Below the pieces are notes generated by a model. The model did no database searches and was not told the DNA's origin. It saw only the letters and a list, made by a program, of their open reading frames with translations. Position numbers and translations under genes: made by a program. Shown in pieces: positions 50,131 to 62,586 of a stretch of 64,000 nt of DNA. This stretch comes from Azolla caroliniana (lineage: Eukaryota; Plantae; Polypodiophyta). The DNA is taken from positions 496,001 to 560,000 of the forward strand of contig JBHGNT010000007.1 in assembly GCA_043228905.1 (NCBI GenBank), given 5' to 3'. The first letter of the stretch is position 1. Each line of letters begins with the position of its first letter.

Positions 50131-50263
50131 GGTTACGGAGCCGGATGATGAAGACCCCGGCTACGGAGCCGGATGATGAAGACCCCGGCTACGGAGCCGG
50201 ATGATGAATACCCCGGCTACGGAGCCGGATGCTGAAGACCCCGGTTACGGAGCCGGATGACGA
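50131..50263. repeat. 28-bp tandem repeat x5 in the LTR U3 (also at 54916-55048)
   Basis: Unit CGGAGCCGGATGATGAAGACCCCGGCTA starting at 50136, 50164, 50192, 50220 and 50248. Confidence 0.95.
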
Positions 50264-50769
50264 ATGTACCCGGAGGGAGATCCGGATGCGGGGACATATT
50301 TGTGAATATGTTTGCCAAGAGCCCTTGAGGCTATATTTGTAAATAGCCCGAAAGTCATATGTGTATAAATATGACTTAGGGCAAACAGTTTATGTTGTTG
50401 CTCATTTTTCTGTTTTCCACTAAGAGGGAGCGAAGTGAGAGCAGCCGAGAGAGAGTGAGAGAGAAAGAGGAAGGAAGAGGTCGACGCCTCTGTGTAATAC
50501 CGCCGCCTGTGGCGAGGACAGCGAGCTCAAGGTCGTCGCCTTGCAGCTCGCCATTGTACATTCCCGCGTATAGTGATAGTTGGAGTCTTGCACTCCCGTG
50601 GTTTTTTCCCATTTAGGGTTTTCCACGTAAAACATCCAGTGTACCTTTCTCTCTATTGTTTTTCGTGCATTGTTGTATTTCCCGTTTTCTGTGAATCGAT
50701 CCTGTTCCTCGGTTGTGGCCGAGCACGGAAGTCCGACAAAGTGGTATCAGAGCGACGGTAACACAGAAA

Positions 50770-53700
50770 ATGGAAGGCGGCAGCAGCGGGCAGCCGGGGA
50801 TGATGGTGCTGAATGCGCAGAACTACGCCGACTGGAAGATAAAGATGGAGGATCTGCTCATTGTTCGGGACCTGTATGAACCGATCGACAGGTCGGAAAT
50901 ACCCAAGGGGGTACTTGAGACGGAGTGGAGGCTTCTGAACCGGAAAGCCGTTGCAACCATTCGGCAATACGTCGACGTGAGCGTTCTACAACACGTGGCG
51001 AACGACACCAACGCATATGAGATGTGGAGGAAGCTGTCGGGCCTCTACGAAAGGAAGAATGTGTTGAACCGGACCTCCCTGATGAGAAAGATAGTGAACC
51101 TCAAGTACCGGGACGGCGAGAGTATGGTGGAACACGTAAGCACGTTCATGGGATTCGTGAACCAGCTTGCGGCGATTAAGTTCCCGTTGGAGGATGCAAT
51201 GCAAGCCATCATCCTGATGTGTACATTGCCGGACAGCTGGGAGAACTTGGTGGTGACTCTCAGCACCTCCTGCACCGAAGATAACTTGTCCCTACAAACG
51301 GTAAAGACAAGTATTTTGAACGAAGAAGCGCGTCGGAGAGATAAAGAACCGGCCTCCGACTCGAAGGCGCTGCTTACCGAATCGGAACGGGGAAGACAAT
51401 GGAACCGGAGTCCGCAAAGACGGGAGAAGTCGGGGACCCGGTCGCAGTCAAGAGGAAGACCCACATGCTTCCACTGTGGGAAGCCGGGGCACTTCCGGAA
51501 GAATTGTCGGCATTACCGAAAAGACAACGGAGCCGACGACACCGATTTGAAGAAGTCACCGGAGAGAAACGGTGCATACCGGGGAGCCACGGACCGGAGA
51601 GGTCCGGATCGGCGAGGGCAGGACCGGAAAGGAACGACGGCACTCGCGGCAAGTGAAGAAGAGATAATGCTCATTACCGAAGAGAGGGAGCTGAACCTTG
51701 CCGGTGTAGAGATGACCTGGGTGGTCGATTCCGGAGCGTCGTTCCACCTGACCCCGGAGAAGAAATACTTCTCATCCTACACAGCCGGTGAGCATGGCTG
51801 TGTCCGGATGGGAAATGAAGGCACATGCCGGATTGCCGGCATAGGAGACGTGTGGCTGATGACATCAACCGGATGCAAGATGCTGCTGAAGGATGTGCGA
51901 CACGTTCCGGAGGTCCGATTGAACCTGATCTCGGCCGGGAGGCTAGATGATGAAGGCTACACGGGTAGCATCCGGAACGGTGTCATGAAGTTCAGCAAGG
52001 GGAGCCTGATAGTGGCTCGGGCCCGGAAGGTCAACACACTGTACCTGATGAACTCCCGGCTATGTCCGGAAGAGCTGAATGTGGCAGCCGACACTGCCGG
52101 TGAGCTGTGGCACAAGAGACTGTGCCACATGAGCGAGAAGGGGATGAAGAGGCTTGCAGAAGACAACCTCATTCCAGTGAAGCATGTGCATCTGGAGAAG
52201 TGCACCGATTGCCTGGCCGGTAAGCAGAACCGAACCTCCTTCCACTCAAGGCCACCGACGAGACGTAGCGCACCATTGGAGTTGGTGCACACCGATGTGT
52301 GTCAGGTAGAAACGAAGTCACATGGCGGAGCCCAGTACTTCGTAACATTCATAGATGATCATAGCCGAAGACTGTGGACGGCACCGATGAAGACAAAGGA
52401 CCAAGTGTTGTCCGTCTTCAAAGAACTCCACGCGAGAGTGGAAAGAGAATCCGGCAAGAAGCTGAAAGCGATACGAGCGGATAACGGAGGGGAATACTGG
52501 GGGCAGTTCCAGGAGTACTGTCGCTCGAAGGGGATCCGGCTCGAGTTTACTGTGCCGAAGGCGCCGGAACTGAACGGGCTGGCCGAGAGGATGAACCGGA
52601 CCATAATGGAGAGGGTCCGGAGTATGCTGGCGCATGCGAAATTACCCAAGGGGTTTTGGGCTGAGGCAATGTCGACGGCGACGTATGTGATAAATAGATC
52701 ACCCTCAGTACCTTTGGACGGAGACACGCCGCAGAAAGTGTGGACCGGTAAGGAAGTGTCCTACCGGCATCTGAAGGTGTTCGGGTGTCTCGCATACGTG
52801 CATGTGGCAAAGGACCGGAGAGGAAAGCTAGATCCAAAGACCCGGCCATGCATATTCCTCGGTTACGGCGACGACGAGTTCGGCTACCGAGTATGGGACC
52901 CGGTCGACAAGAAGATATTCAGGAGTCGAGATATCATCTTCATGGAGAACAAGACACTCGCCGACTGGGAGTCGGAGAAGAAGATGAAGAGCTCCAAGTC
53001 GACCGGTGAGGATCAACTCTACGAGGAGCAGTCCCGACCGGCAAGGGACCGGTTAGCACTCGAGGATACGGCCGAAGACGGTGAAGAAACAGAACCGGCC
53101 GAAGAAGATGAAAATGATACCGGAACCGGCCCCGATCCCGAAATGGATTCGGATGAAGAAGAATCGGAAGAACCGGTTACCGAAGCTCCGGAACGGAGAT
53201 ATCCTCTAAGAGAGAGAAGGGCCCCCCGGAGATTTCCGGAACCAGAGCACGTGCTGCTAACCGACGAAGGGGAGCCGGAGAGCTTTGAAGAAGCAAAGCA
53301 TGACACCCAGAGCCGCAGGTGGTTGAGTGCCATGCAGGACGAGATGGATTCCCTGCATGAGAACCACACATATGAACTTGTGGAGTTGCCGAAAGGAAAG
53401 CGGGCACTTCGAAACAAGTGGGTGTTCAAGCTGAAACCGGGAGATGCCGGAAACCCCCCGAGATACAAAGCCAGGATCGTGGTGAAGGGGTTTCAGCAGA
53501 AGAAGGGCGTCGACTTCGACGAGATATTTGCCCCGGTAGTGAAGATGACCTCCATCCGGACGGTGCTGAGCATAGCGGCAAGCATGGACCTCGAGGTAGA
53601 ACAGATGGACGTGAAGACGGCATTCCTTCACGGTGACCTCGAAGAAGAGATCTACATGCAGCAACCGGAAGGATTCGAGAAGAAAGGGAAGGAGCACCTG

Positions 53701-54843
53701 GTATGCCGGTTGAAGAAGAGCCTTTACGGACTGAAGCAGGCTCCCCGGCAATGGTACCGCAAGTTCGACTCCTTCATGACCGACGAAGGGTACCACAAAA
53801 CGCAGTCTGATCACTGCGTGTTTGTGAAGAAGTTCGAAGGAGGAGACTCTCTAATACTCCTCCTGTACGTGGACGACATGTTGATCATCGGACGGGACCA
53901 GGTCAAGATACGGACGCTGAAGAAAGCGCTTCACCGAACCTTCTCAATGAAGGACCTGGGTCCGGCGAGGCAAATACTAGGGATGCACATCATCCGGGAC
54001 CGGAAGAAGAAGCAGTTGTGGCTGTCACAGGAGAAGTACGTGACAAAGGTGCTTCACTGGTTCAACATGTCGGAAGCAAGACCGGTCGGGTCAACCCTCC
54101 CGGGAAACTGCAAGTTGTCCAGCAAGCAAAGCCCCAAGACAAAGGCTGAGAAGGAGGACATGATGAAAGTACCATATGCCTCTGCCGTCGGAAGCTTAAT
54201 GTACGCAATGGTGTGTACAAGACCGGACATAGGATATGCAGTCGGAGTGGTGAGCCGGTACATGAGCAATCCCGGCAAAGACCACTGGAACGCGGTCAAG
54301 TGGATACTCCGATACCTGAAGGGCACGGCAAACGTGTGCCTCCGATTCGGCTCCGGTAAGCCCGAACTCGACGGCTTTACCGATTCGGATATGTCGGCTG
54401 ATGAAGATACCAGCCGGTCCACATCAGGGTATGTGATGACGTATGCAGGGGGAGCTGTTTCGTGGCAGTCGAGGCTGCAGAAGACGGTTGCGTTGTCAAC
54501 CACGGAGGCAGAGTACATGGCGGCTGTTGAAGCCGGCAAGGAAATAATATGGATGAAGGACTTCATTAGAGAGCTCGGTATCCGACAAGAGGAGTACCGA
54601 CTCTACTGCGACAGTCAGAGTGCCATCCACCTTGCGAAGAACGCGGCCTATCACTCCCGGACGAAGCACATCCAGCGAAGATATCACTGGATCCGGGAAA
54701 GGATAGAAGACCAGGAGTTCATGCTGACGAAGATCCACACGGAAGAGAACGGGTCAGATATGCTGACCAAAGTGCTCACACCCGACAAGCTGGAAGCGTG
54801 CCGGAAGAGGGTCGGATTGGAGAGACATCCCATGCCGAAGTGA
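50770..54843 (+). CDS. Copia Gag-Pol polyprotein (~1357 aa)
   Basis: Gag with CFHCGKPGHFRKNC; protease WVVDSGAS; GAG-pre-integrase LWHKRLCH; integrase D-D-E (VHTDV, ADNGGEY, GLAERMNRT) and GKLDPK; RT QMDVKTAFL, LYVDDMLI; RNase H (FTDSD, TEAEY, YCDSQSAI, SDMLTK). Confidence 0.98.
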   Translation: MEGGSSGQPGMMVLNAQNYADWKIKMEDLLIVRDLYEPIDRSEIPKGVLETEWRLLNRKAVATIRQYVDVSVLQHVANDTNAYEMWRKLSGLYERKNVLNRTSLMRKIVNLKYRDGESMVEHVSTFMGFVNQLAAIKFPLEDAMQAIILMCTLPDSWENLVVTLSTSCTEDNLSLQTVKTSILNEEARRRDKEPASDSKALLTESERGRQWNRSPQRREKSGTRSQSRGRPTCFHCGKPGHFRKNCRHYRKDNGADDTDLKKSPERNGAYRGATDRRGPDRRGQDRKGTTALAASEEEIMLITEERELNLAGVEMTWVVDSGASFHLTPEKKYFSSYTAGEHGCVRMGNEGTCRIAGIGDVWLMTSTGCKMLLKDVRHVPEVRLNLISAGRLDDEGYTGSIRNGVMKFSKGSLIVARARKVNTLYLMNSRLCPEELNVAADTAGELWHKRLCHMSEKGMKRLAEDNLIPVKHVHLEKCTDCLAGKQNRTSFHSRPPTRRSAPLELVHTDVCQVETKSHGGAQYFVTFIDDHSRRLWTAPMKTKDQVLSVFKELHARVERESGKKLKAIRADNGGEYWGQFQEYCRSKGIRLEFTVPKAPELNGLAERMNRTIMERVRSMLAHAKLPKGFWAEAMSTATYVINRSPSVPLDGDTPQKVWTGKEVSYRHLKVFGCLAYVHVAKDRRGKLDPKTRPCIFLGYGDDEFGYRVWDPVDKKIFRSRDIIFMENKTLADWESEKKMKSSKSTGEDQLYEEQSRPARDRLALEDTAEDGEETEPAEEDENDTGTGPDPEMDSDEEESEEPVTEAPERRYPLRERRAPRRFPEPEHVLLTDEGEPESFEEAKHDTQSRRWLSAMQDEMDSLHENHTYELVELPKGKRALRNKWVFKLKPGDAGNPPRYKARIVVKGFQQKKGVDFDEIFAPVVKMTSIRTVLSIAASMDLEVEQMDVKTAFLHGDLEEEIYMQQPEGFEKKGKEHLVCRLKKSLYGLKQAPRQWYRKFDSFMTDEGYHKTQSDHCVFVKKFEGGDSLILLLYVDDMLIIGRDQVKIRTLKKALHRTFSMKDLGPARQILGMHIIRDRKKKQLWLSQEKYVTKVLHWFNMSEARPVGSTLPGNCKLSSKQSPKTKAEKEDMMKVPYASAVGSLMYAMVCTRPDIGYAVGVVSRYMSNPGKDHWNAVKWILRYLKGTANVCLRFGSGKPELDGFTDSDMSADEDTSRSTSGYVMTYAGGAVSWQSRLQKTVALSTTEAEYMAAVEAGKEIIWMKDFIRELGIRQEEYRLYCDSQSAIHLAKNAAYHSRTKHIQRRYHWIRERIEDQEFMLTKIHTEENGSDMLTKVLTPDKLEACRKRVGLERHPMPK

Positions 54844-56269
54844 AGGGGGAGTTTGTTGGGATTTCGGTCCCTCCGGATGGGATGTCCGGAGATGAATGAC
54901 GGCAAGCCCGGTTGCGGTTACGGAGCCGGATGATGAAGACCCCGGCTACGGAGCCGGATGATGAAGACCCCGGCTACGGAGCCGGATGATGAATACCCCG
55001 GCTACGGAGCCGGATGCTGAAGACCCCGGTTACGGAGCCGGATGACGAATGTACCCGGAGGGAGATCCGGATGCGGGGACATATTTGTGAATATGTTTGC
55101 CAAGAGCCCTTGAGGCTATATTTGTAAATAGCCCGAAAGTCATATGTGTATAAATATGACTTAGGGCAAACAGTTTATGTTGTTGCTCATTTTTCTGTTT
55201 TCCACTAAGAGGGAGCGAAGTGAGAGCAGCCGAGAGAGAGTGAGAGAGAAAGAGGAAGGAAGAGGTCGACGCCTCTGTGTAATACCGCCGCCTGTGGCGA
55301 GGACAGCGAGCTCAAGGTCGTCGCCTTGCAGCTCGCCATTGTACATTCCCGCGTATAGTGATAGTTGGAGTCTTGCACTCCCGTGGTTTTTTCCCATTTA
55401 GGGTTTTCCACGTAAAACATCCAGTGTACCTTTCTCTCTATTGTTTTTCGTGCATTGTTGTATTTCCCGTTTTCTGTGAATCGATCCTGTTCCTCGGTTG
55501 TGGCCGAGCACGGAAGTCCGACAGAACCTATGGACCATGGTTTTTTACACCAAATTTGGAAGTGTTCGTGTTAGTGTTTATGCAGTTTTTAGGGATAAGG
55601 AAGGAGATCCAACCATTATGAGTGATATTGAGTAGTACTACTGCTTATTACGTCTGGAAGGCTCGGTGCACACTCGTTAGAGCCTTACCAACCGAATTGG
55701 TAAAAAGTATTTGGTTGGACATGGTGCATACTTTGAAGGGTCACTAGGATTGTATTGTTGGAAATTCTGATGATAAAACTGCTCAATGCCATCCGTTTCT
55801 AACTTTGTGGACAACTACTCCACATATGACCTCCAAGAATGACACTCTTTTTAGCAGTTCAACCACTAGAATGATTGTTTCCTCTGCCAATCACATAGGA
55901 ATCAAAACCTTGTAAATTGTTTATACTAATGAAAGGATAACTTTTTGGGAAAAAAGGATATGAGGGCAATCTTTCTCTTTTCAACAATCTTTATTGACTT
56001 ATCACTTGCTCTTTTTTCACATTTCAAGGTCTTAATGGGATTGGGTGTATCATGTCTTACAAAGATGTGGGGGCAAAAGTGGTGGGTGTTGATTTTGAAC
56101 AAGAAGAAAGGGAAGACCAAATACTTTTGGTATTAGCCTTTGATCAATACCAACTTCACAAAGATGTCATCAATTCACATATAGTTATTAAGAAAAAATT
56201 GCAAATATATCCAAGGACAGTATACATTAGATTGAACGACTGGTACGCAACTACATTTGGTATGGTAAG

Positions 56270-57470
56270 GAAGATCATGTAACTCGCGCCAAGGTGGCAT
56301 GGCCTATACTCACAACACCTAAGTCGAGAGGAGGATTGGGTCTTGTTGATCCCCTCTCACAATCAAAAGCCTTACTTGCCAAATTTGTGGTGCGAGGACT
56401 CCAACCAGGAAATGATTGTTGGAAAATGCTACTGCGGTTACGTTTCGCTTACTTTAGGCCACGAAAAGGGGTTAATTGGACCCCCAAACGGGATGGATTC
56501 TAAACATGGATCTCAAACCTAGTTTCTCCTGCCAATTGGAGGATAGATTCAATGCATCCATGTGGAAGGCATGGTATGACATTAGACGAGGGCTCAAGTG
56601 CGATCAACCGAGTTCCGAACTTGCTTGGCTCAGTCAACGTATCCTATGGAACCCATGTATCAAGGATGAATCTAATCAACTACTTGGATCAAGTAAGGGG
56701 TTGTCATGACGATACATTGCAGAAGGTTCGGGAAAAAGTATAGAATGTTGGAGACGACTTATGTCATTGCCACTACAAGATCAAGCCAACATACTCCATG
56801 GAATCAGGGGCGGATGGACTATGAGATCATAAATCAGTAACGCTCTACTGATCAGGGACGCTGCTACTCATCGGACGACAATGGAGAAATGGATAGGCTA
56901 CGAGGAGGAGGGATCTTTGATCTCGAGAGGTAGGGGATCACCAGATAGGATTGAAGGCTCTGAATTGCGAGACAATGAGACACCAACACAGAATAACGCA
57001 ATTCGAGTACTCGCGTATACTAGTCATAAATGGATTGTAGATCCTGATCCGATCAAAGTACAACCCGATTGGCACATATGTACTCATGAAAACACATGGC
57101 TACGTAAGGTTAGTTGGGACCCTTTGCAATGGACATGGTGTGATCCTTATGCGGAGCAAGGAAGCAAACCCATCCCTTTCTTCCAATTCACAACTAGATT
57201 AGGTCGCCACATCCTAACTGCTCAAACTACCTGAGAGCCGGCTGTTGCAAAGGTCTGGCACACATATCAAGTTCTTCACACAATTATCACCAAGTTTTGG
57301 GTGAAAATCTGGAAACAACAACACGCGAGGCGAATTACCAAGTTCCAATGGCTATTAATACATAAGTCACTACCGGTGGGAGCATGGCAACGTGGCAACT
57401 GTAGTAGAATCAATACGACACGCTTTGTGGGATTGCCCATCGAATATGGCGGGGGGTTAGCCACTTGTTG
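56270..57470 (+). mobile_element. Decayed L1 LINE ORF2 fragment
   Basis: AKVAWPILTTPKSRGGLGLVDP...ALLAKF (L1 post-RT motif) and KIWKQQHARRITKFQWLLIHKSLPVGAW (zf-RVT). Same family as 47400-48290. Confidence 0.88.
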
Positions 57471-60400
57471 CAATTTTCTACATTGTTAAGTTGTTAACGT
57501 GAGTGTTGTTTACTCGAAGTGAAGTGAAGCTTAGCTTATAAGACGACTACCGAGACTAATCCCCTCATGTTATTGTGGTGGAACAAACTCTTGATTGGAC
57601 AATGACATGTGTTTAGCCTATTTTTCGAAATGAAAAATTCTTTTTGTTTGAACTTTGAATATTCTTGAAATGATTTCGATGATTTAATGTGAATAACTTT
57701 CTATCTCTTCCTATACTAAAAATTTCAACAATTCGTTCATCTTACTTGTCCTACTCCACCTCAAAACATGCCATATCCACTTTTTAAAAGCAATTGGTCA
57801 TATGAACCAATGCATACTTATGTTGATTATTGGACGGAACAAAAGGATTGTATTTGGGAGTACTTTGACATATTACCTTTATTTAAGCTGAATTTTTTTG
57901 TACCATATTAATGGCATGAATTAGTATCGGTGTACACGTAAGTGTACCTGAAGCTAGAAAGACCATATCACCTATTCATGCTTTTAACTTATGTCAGATC
58001 AACAATTGTGATTTAATTGTGTATGGAATAATATTTCATCTCTATATTAAGGTTTGGAATATCTAAGGGGATTTGGAATCACTTGGATGTATGAAAACCA
58101 TTTTCATGTGGTACTGTCAATTGTCTCAAGGTAAAAAGCCCCAAGGTTCGTTGATCCCATTATTTGCCATCCCCAAAAGAAATCAATATGTATTTCAAGT
58201 AATTATTGTATACCAGAAAGTAAAGCATTATTAGGAAGATTTGAACTTGTTAGACCACTTTACATGGAGTAGTAGCTACTAGCATTTACAAGTGTGTGTG
58301 TGTGTGTGGGTGTGCATGTGTTTTAAAATTTTACTAAAGGTCTTCTTTGAGCATTCCAACAAATACCTATTTGTGCATTCCAACAAATATGGTAGAGTAG
58401 TAGTTTCCAATCAAAAGTCATATGACAATTGCTCAATTAGATAAAGAGAAACATACTTGTTTAATGAACGTTTTTTATTTAAACAACAAAAGATTCATGA
58501 CAAAAGTATTTAGATATTGGCTTTTCCATTGGCTTATCAACAACAGAATGAGTCTTCGATTGATTTGGGTCCTTTTATAATGTTATAATGTTCATTGACA
58601 TGATATATCCTAGATACATCAATGTATAATAACATGATGGCATTGGTGTAGATGCAACTTGCCATGTGGTTGAATATTATAATTGTTGTGTTGATTAGCA
58701 AATTGACACACATCATGTTTAGGATCCCATGTGAATGTGGGCCAGTCTAAAAAAGGTTTGTCATCAAGAACTTAGATTTTGTGGTAAGGATACAAATTAT
58801 GGTGCAACATTTGTCATGTCGTCCTAATCTTGCATATTGGTGTTGTTGAATGGAATTCGGTTCATCTCGTTTCATCTCATGTCTCCATTCATTTAAACAA
58901 TGAATGGTGGAAAATGCAACTCCACAAGGCATGAAATATACAACTGTAGAAAATGTGATAATGGGCTTGAACATATGTGGAAGGTGAGCGCCGAGAGGTG
59001 TATACTTTGACAATGAATTGTTGTAAACATAAGAGGCACAATAAAGAAATCCAAAGATACTAAATTATCTTGGTTCGATACAGGTAAAGGAATTCGTACC
59101 AATGTGATTTATTGTCGACTTTTTATCAAAAACACGAAACAAGTGAACACTTTCAAGTGCTACTAGCGGTTAGTTACAAAGTGAGAAAAGATTGTTCGTC
59201 AATTGTATGCTTATATAGGTAAAGAAAAAGAACTCAATTTGTAGTCCAGTGGAACTTGGGAAGAGCATGCATACATCCATTGGACCTCGCTTTTTCAGAA
59301 AAGAATCAAGTGCTTGCATATATTTGAACCCTGACAAGAAATTTTATCAATTAAGTTATCTGTAGCTTTTGGGTTCACATCAATCAAACTTTCTCATAAC
59401 AAATCCTTTAATGCAACTTGAGAAGAATCGTTGGTGAATTCAATTGATCATGATTGTCAACAAATAAGAAGAAAAGTGTGAAGTTACAGAAAAATATGCG
59501 TTACTCACTTAACATCCACATGAATTCAACATACTGCTTGTTTATTGTGTACATTTGAGAAGTTGGCAAACAACTTTATAACATGTTATGTTATACTAAT
59601 CCATGTTCCGTAACCAAAGAGGACCTAGTCCACTTTCCATAATCAAAGAGGGCACATATGTTTCATGAATATCAACAGTTGCACAAAACTTCAATGGAGA
59701 GAGAAATAAAGTTTGAGGATGCATGTGCGTAAGATACAATACATTTTTGTAGAGATAATCTAGACCTATGGGACCATGCATACGTTGAAGATGTGATACA
59801 TTACTTTGATTTGTTAAGGGTTTTGTCCATCTATGTGTGAGAGCTATTTCATATTTCCTTTTGTAGACCCAGAAAGCAACCACACAACTTTATAGCATAC
59901 CCTTATATGGCATAGATCGATTATACCTAAGCTTTTTTAAACCCCTTAGACATATCCAACTAAAAGAAAAAATGGTGTAAACTCCACAAAGTCACCCTAG
60001 AAACCTGGCCTAGTAACATGCCCCAACCATCTATTGTAAATATTGTGTAAACAATATATACGGTTACAGTAAAACCTAGGCTCTCTACCATTCTTTATTG
60101 CTAAAGCTAAGTATCCCATGCTAATTATTGTTACACTATACCTATAATCTTGTAGATACTCATGTACCTTAATGTCATATTGAAACCCCATAAACAATAA
60201 ATATAAAAAAGAGTTAATGTGGAAAAGAGTTTTTCACGACAAAGTTGCCCATCTATATTGGAATAGTAGTTGGAAGAATCTACCCTCATTGTAGTACTCG
60301 CAATGTAAATGTCTGTCACAAAGTAATTACAACGAAACATCAAGTTTGCCTCATTGGTGAAAGTTGAGAAAACACATGTGAGTTAAAAGATGACCTAAAA

Positions 60401-61680
60401 CAAATGGTTGAATATCAATTGAAGAAAATGGCCCAGGTTATGAATGCTTTTGAAAGAAGCTTTACTCAATACAACATGGTAGGAAAATAAATTTGCCAAT
60501 TATATGGTAAAATCATTTTACGATAAATGGTGGAAAGATAAGATATCTTAAATTTGATTTAGCAAACCAAGCCAAGTAGATTTGGTTGAATGAGACAATA
60601 TGAATGTCTATGTTTGCCGGTATACTAGGTTTATCATGTCATAGAGATAGAGAATAGGCAAAATTGGGAAGACTTGCAATCACCTAAATGGTAGGATTTC
60701 ACACAAATGTTCATAGGATATTTTTTCACAAGTATGGGATCAAGTGGAGGAACATTCATGGTAGTGAAACATTGTAAACATGTTGAAGAAACAAACATCA
60801 TTGCAAACCAGAATACAAAAAAGAGGAAATCAATGATTCAGCAAGAGATTCTCAAAAATGTCTACCGAACGTAACGAGTGCTTGACAAACTACAGTTTGA
60901 TATAAATGCTCATATAATGTCACTCTAGACGGTCAATTATCGAAGAAATAAGAAGTTTGCAAGTAGAAAAAGTTGTCTATCTCTATATGCGCTACATGCT
61001 TTTCATTAAGTTCTCTTTCACATACATGTTCTCTCTATAACTCTTTTATTTATGTTTATTTTTATTTTTATTTTGGATGATTGGGTACACATCCCATTAT
61101 TGTATGATGTATCAATTGTCTCATGGGCTAAATTTGGTCTTTGAAGACGATAATATATCTTTCATTCTTTTTTTCTATGATGTTAACATGTTATAATCAT
61201 CTTCCTCTATTTATTACTTGTAGGTTTGTTCTTGATCACATGAATTATCTCCTAACTCCAACTTATATCCTCGAAACATTTCATCTCCATCTCATTTTGT
61301 ATACATATAGACTCCGCTCTCCAACCACCTAGGCACAAGCCAAGGTGCTCTCTCCTTTGGAGCACATGAACTTTATGGTAAAATATCCAATGTGATAGCA
61401 ATTTCGACTCTTTTCTTGACGCAGAGTATGGTCCAATAAGTCATGGTGGGACGAAAAATATATCATCACCTTGACCTTCTAAATCTACCATAGTATCCCT
61501 TTAGCCTATAAGATGGCTACATGGGACAAGTTATTTCTGGTAACCGTTAAAAGGATAAGGGGTTGAAAAGGTGAGGGGAGGGCAATCCTTGGGGTTTTGT
61601 TTCTATTTTCCCTTTCTTGTTGTGTGGATGGGGATTTTCATGTTCTCTCTATCAACATCAAATACCGTTAGAATCTCTAT

Positions 61681-61684
<4 letters not shown>

Positions 61685-61749
<65 letters not shown>
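61685..61749. repeat. (AC)n microsatellite
   Basis: Directly visible. Confidence 0.97.
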
Positions 61750-61752
<3 letters not shown>

Positions 61753-62586
61753 AATCAATCAATAATAAAGAGAAAACGGAGACGAAATGTTCTCTTCTCA
61801 ACATTTGCTACGTTCACCACCCAAAGTCATGGAATTTGAGAGAACCCAAAGTTTGATCCTAGGACATGGACAACTAGGCCCCATCTCATAAATCGCAATG
61901 GGTCTCCCCTTTAAAAAACGATAGATCGATCGATCGATTTATCTATCTATCTATACATCTATCCATCCATCTATGAATGTGTGCATCAATCTGGGTTGCA
62001 TTTAACATCACATGGGCCTTAAAGCTAAGCTAGGGGCCAGGGCTCACATGCATGGTATGATGGATGGTTCCCATCCATGCATACAATTCACATATATGAT
62101 ATATCATCAATCATGCATGGAACTCCTCATGCACATGTATCCATCAATCACCATATGGAGCTCCTCCCTTCCCTGTTCTGATAAATACTAGAATTCCCAT
62201 GTATTACTATACATATATGATATACATATCAGAGCCTTAAGCTAGGGTTCACTTTGCAGACATTCTTCCTTCTTGCCCACAATGCCCATCATCATCATCA
62301 ATGCATGGGCATCAATTGTGGCCTCCTTTTTGTTTTGTTTTGTTTTGTTTTGTTTAAATCATACGAAATCAATGTCTTCTGCTTTTTCATCATCCCTGTG
62401 TTCTCTCCTCCCCCCCCCCCTGACATAAAGCAAAGCTCTTTGTGTTGAACTTATTTTTATATTTTCACCTCTCTTTTGTTTTTCATGGAGAGGGAGAGGC
62501 ACACCACTTTTCCTCGTCCTTCGTAGTCATCGATATATGGATGTGACAAATCGACCTTTTACTTTGAGTATCTGATTCTAAATGCC

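Larger units (their letters stand above)
50069..55523 (+). mobile_element. Intact full-length Ty1/copia LTR retrotransposon (Tnt1/Tork-like)
   Basis: 670-bp LTRs at 50069-50738 and 54854-55523 (TG...CA, no differences spotted by eye). TSD GAACC on both sides. tRNA-iMet PBS TGGTATCAGAGC at 50742-50753. PPT GAAGTGAAGGGGGAG at 54837-54851. Single uninterrupted ORF. Confidence 0.98.

Noticed and set aside
49218-50148. Hydrophobic membrane-protein-like ORFs
   Set aside because: Alternative frames of the triplicated LINE zf-RVT segment.
50823-54905. Numerous antisense ORFs in the copia element (and 2587-3456 in the gypsy element)
   Set aside because: Expected by-products of GC-rich coding sequence; no independent motifs.
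57800-60900. Possible decayed DNA-transposon (MULE/hAT-like) coding remnants
   Set aside because: Only isolated hints (for example GIGVDAT); no TIR, TSD or continuous motif could be supported.
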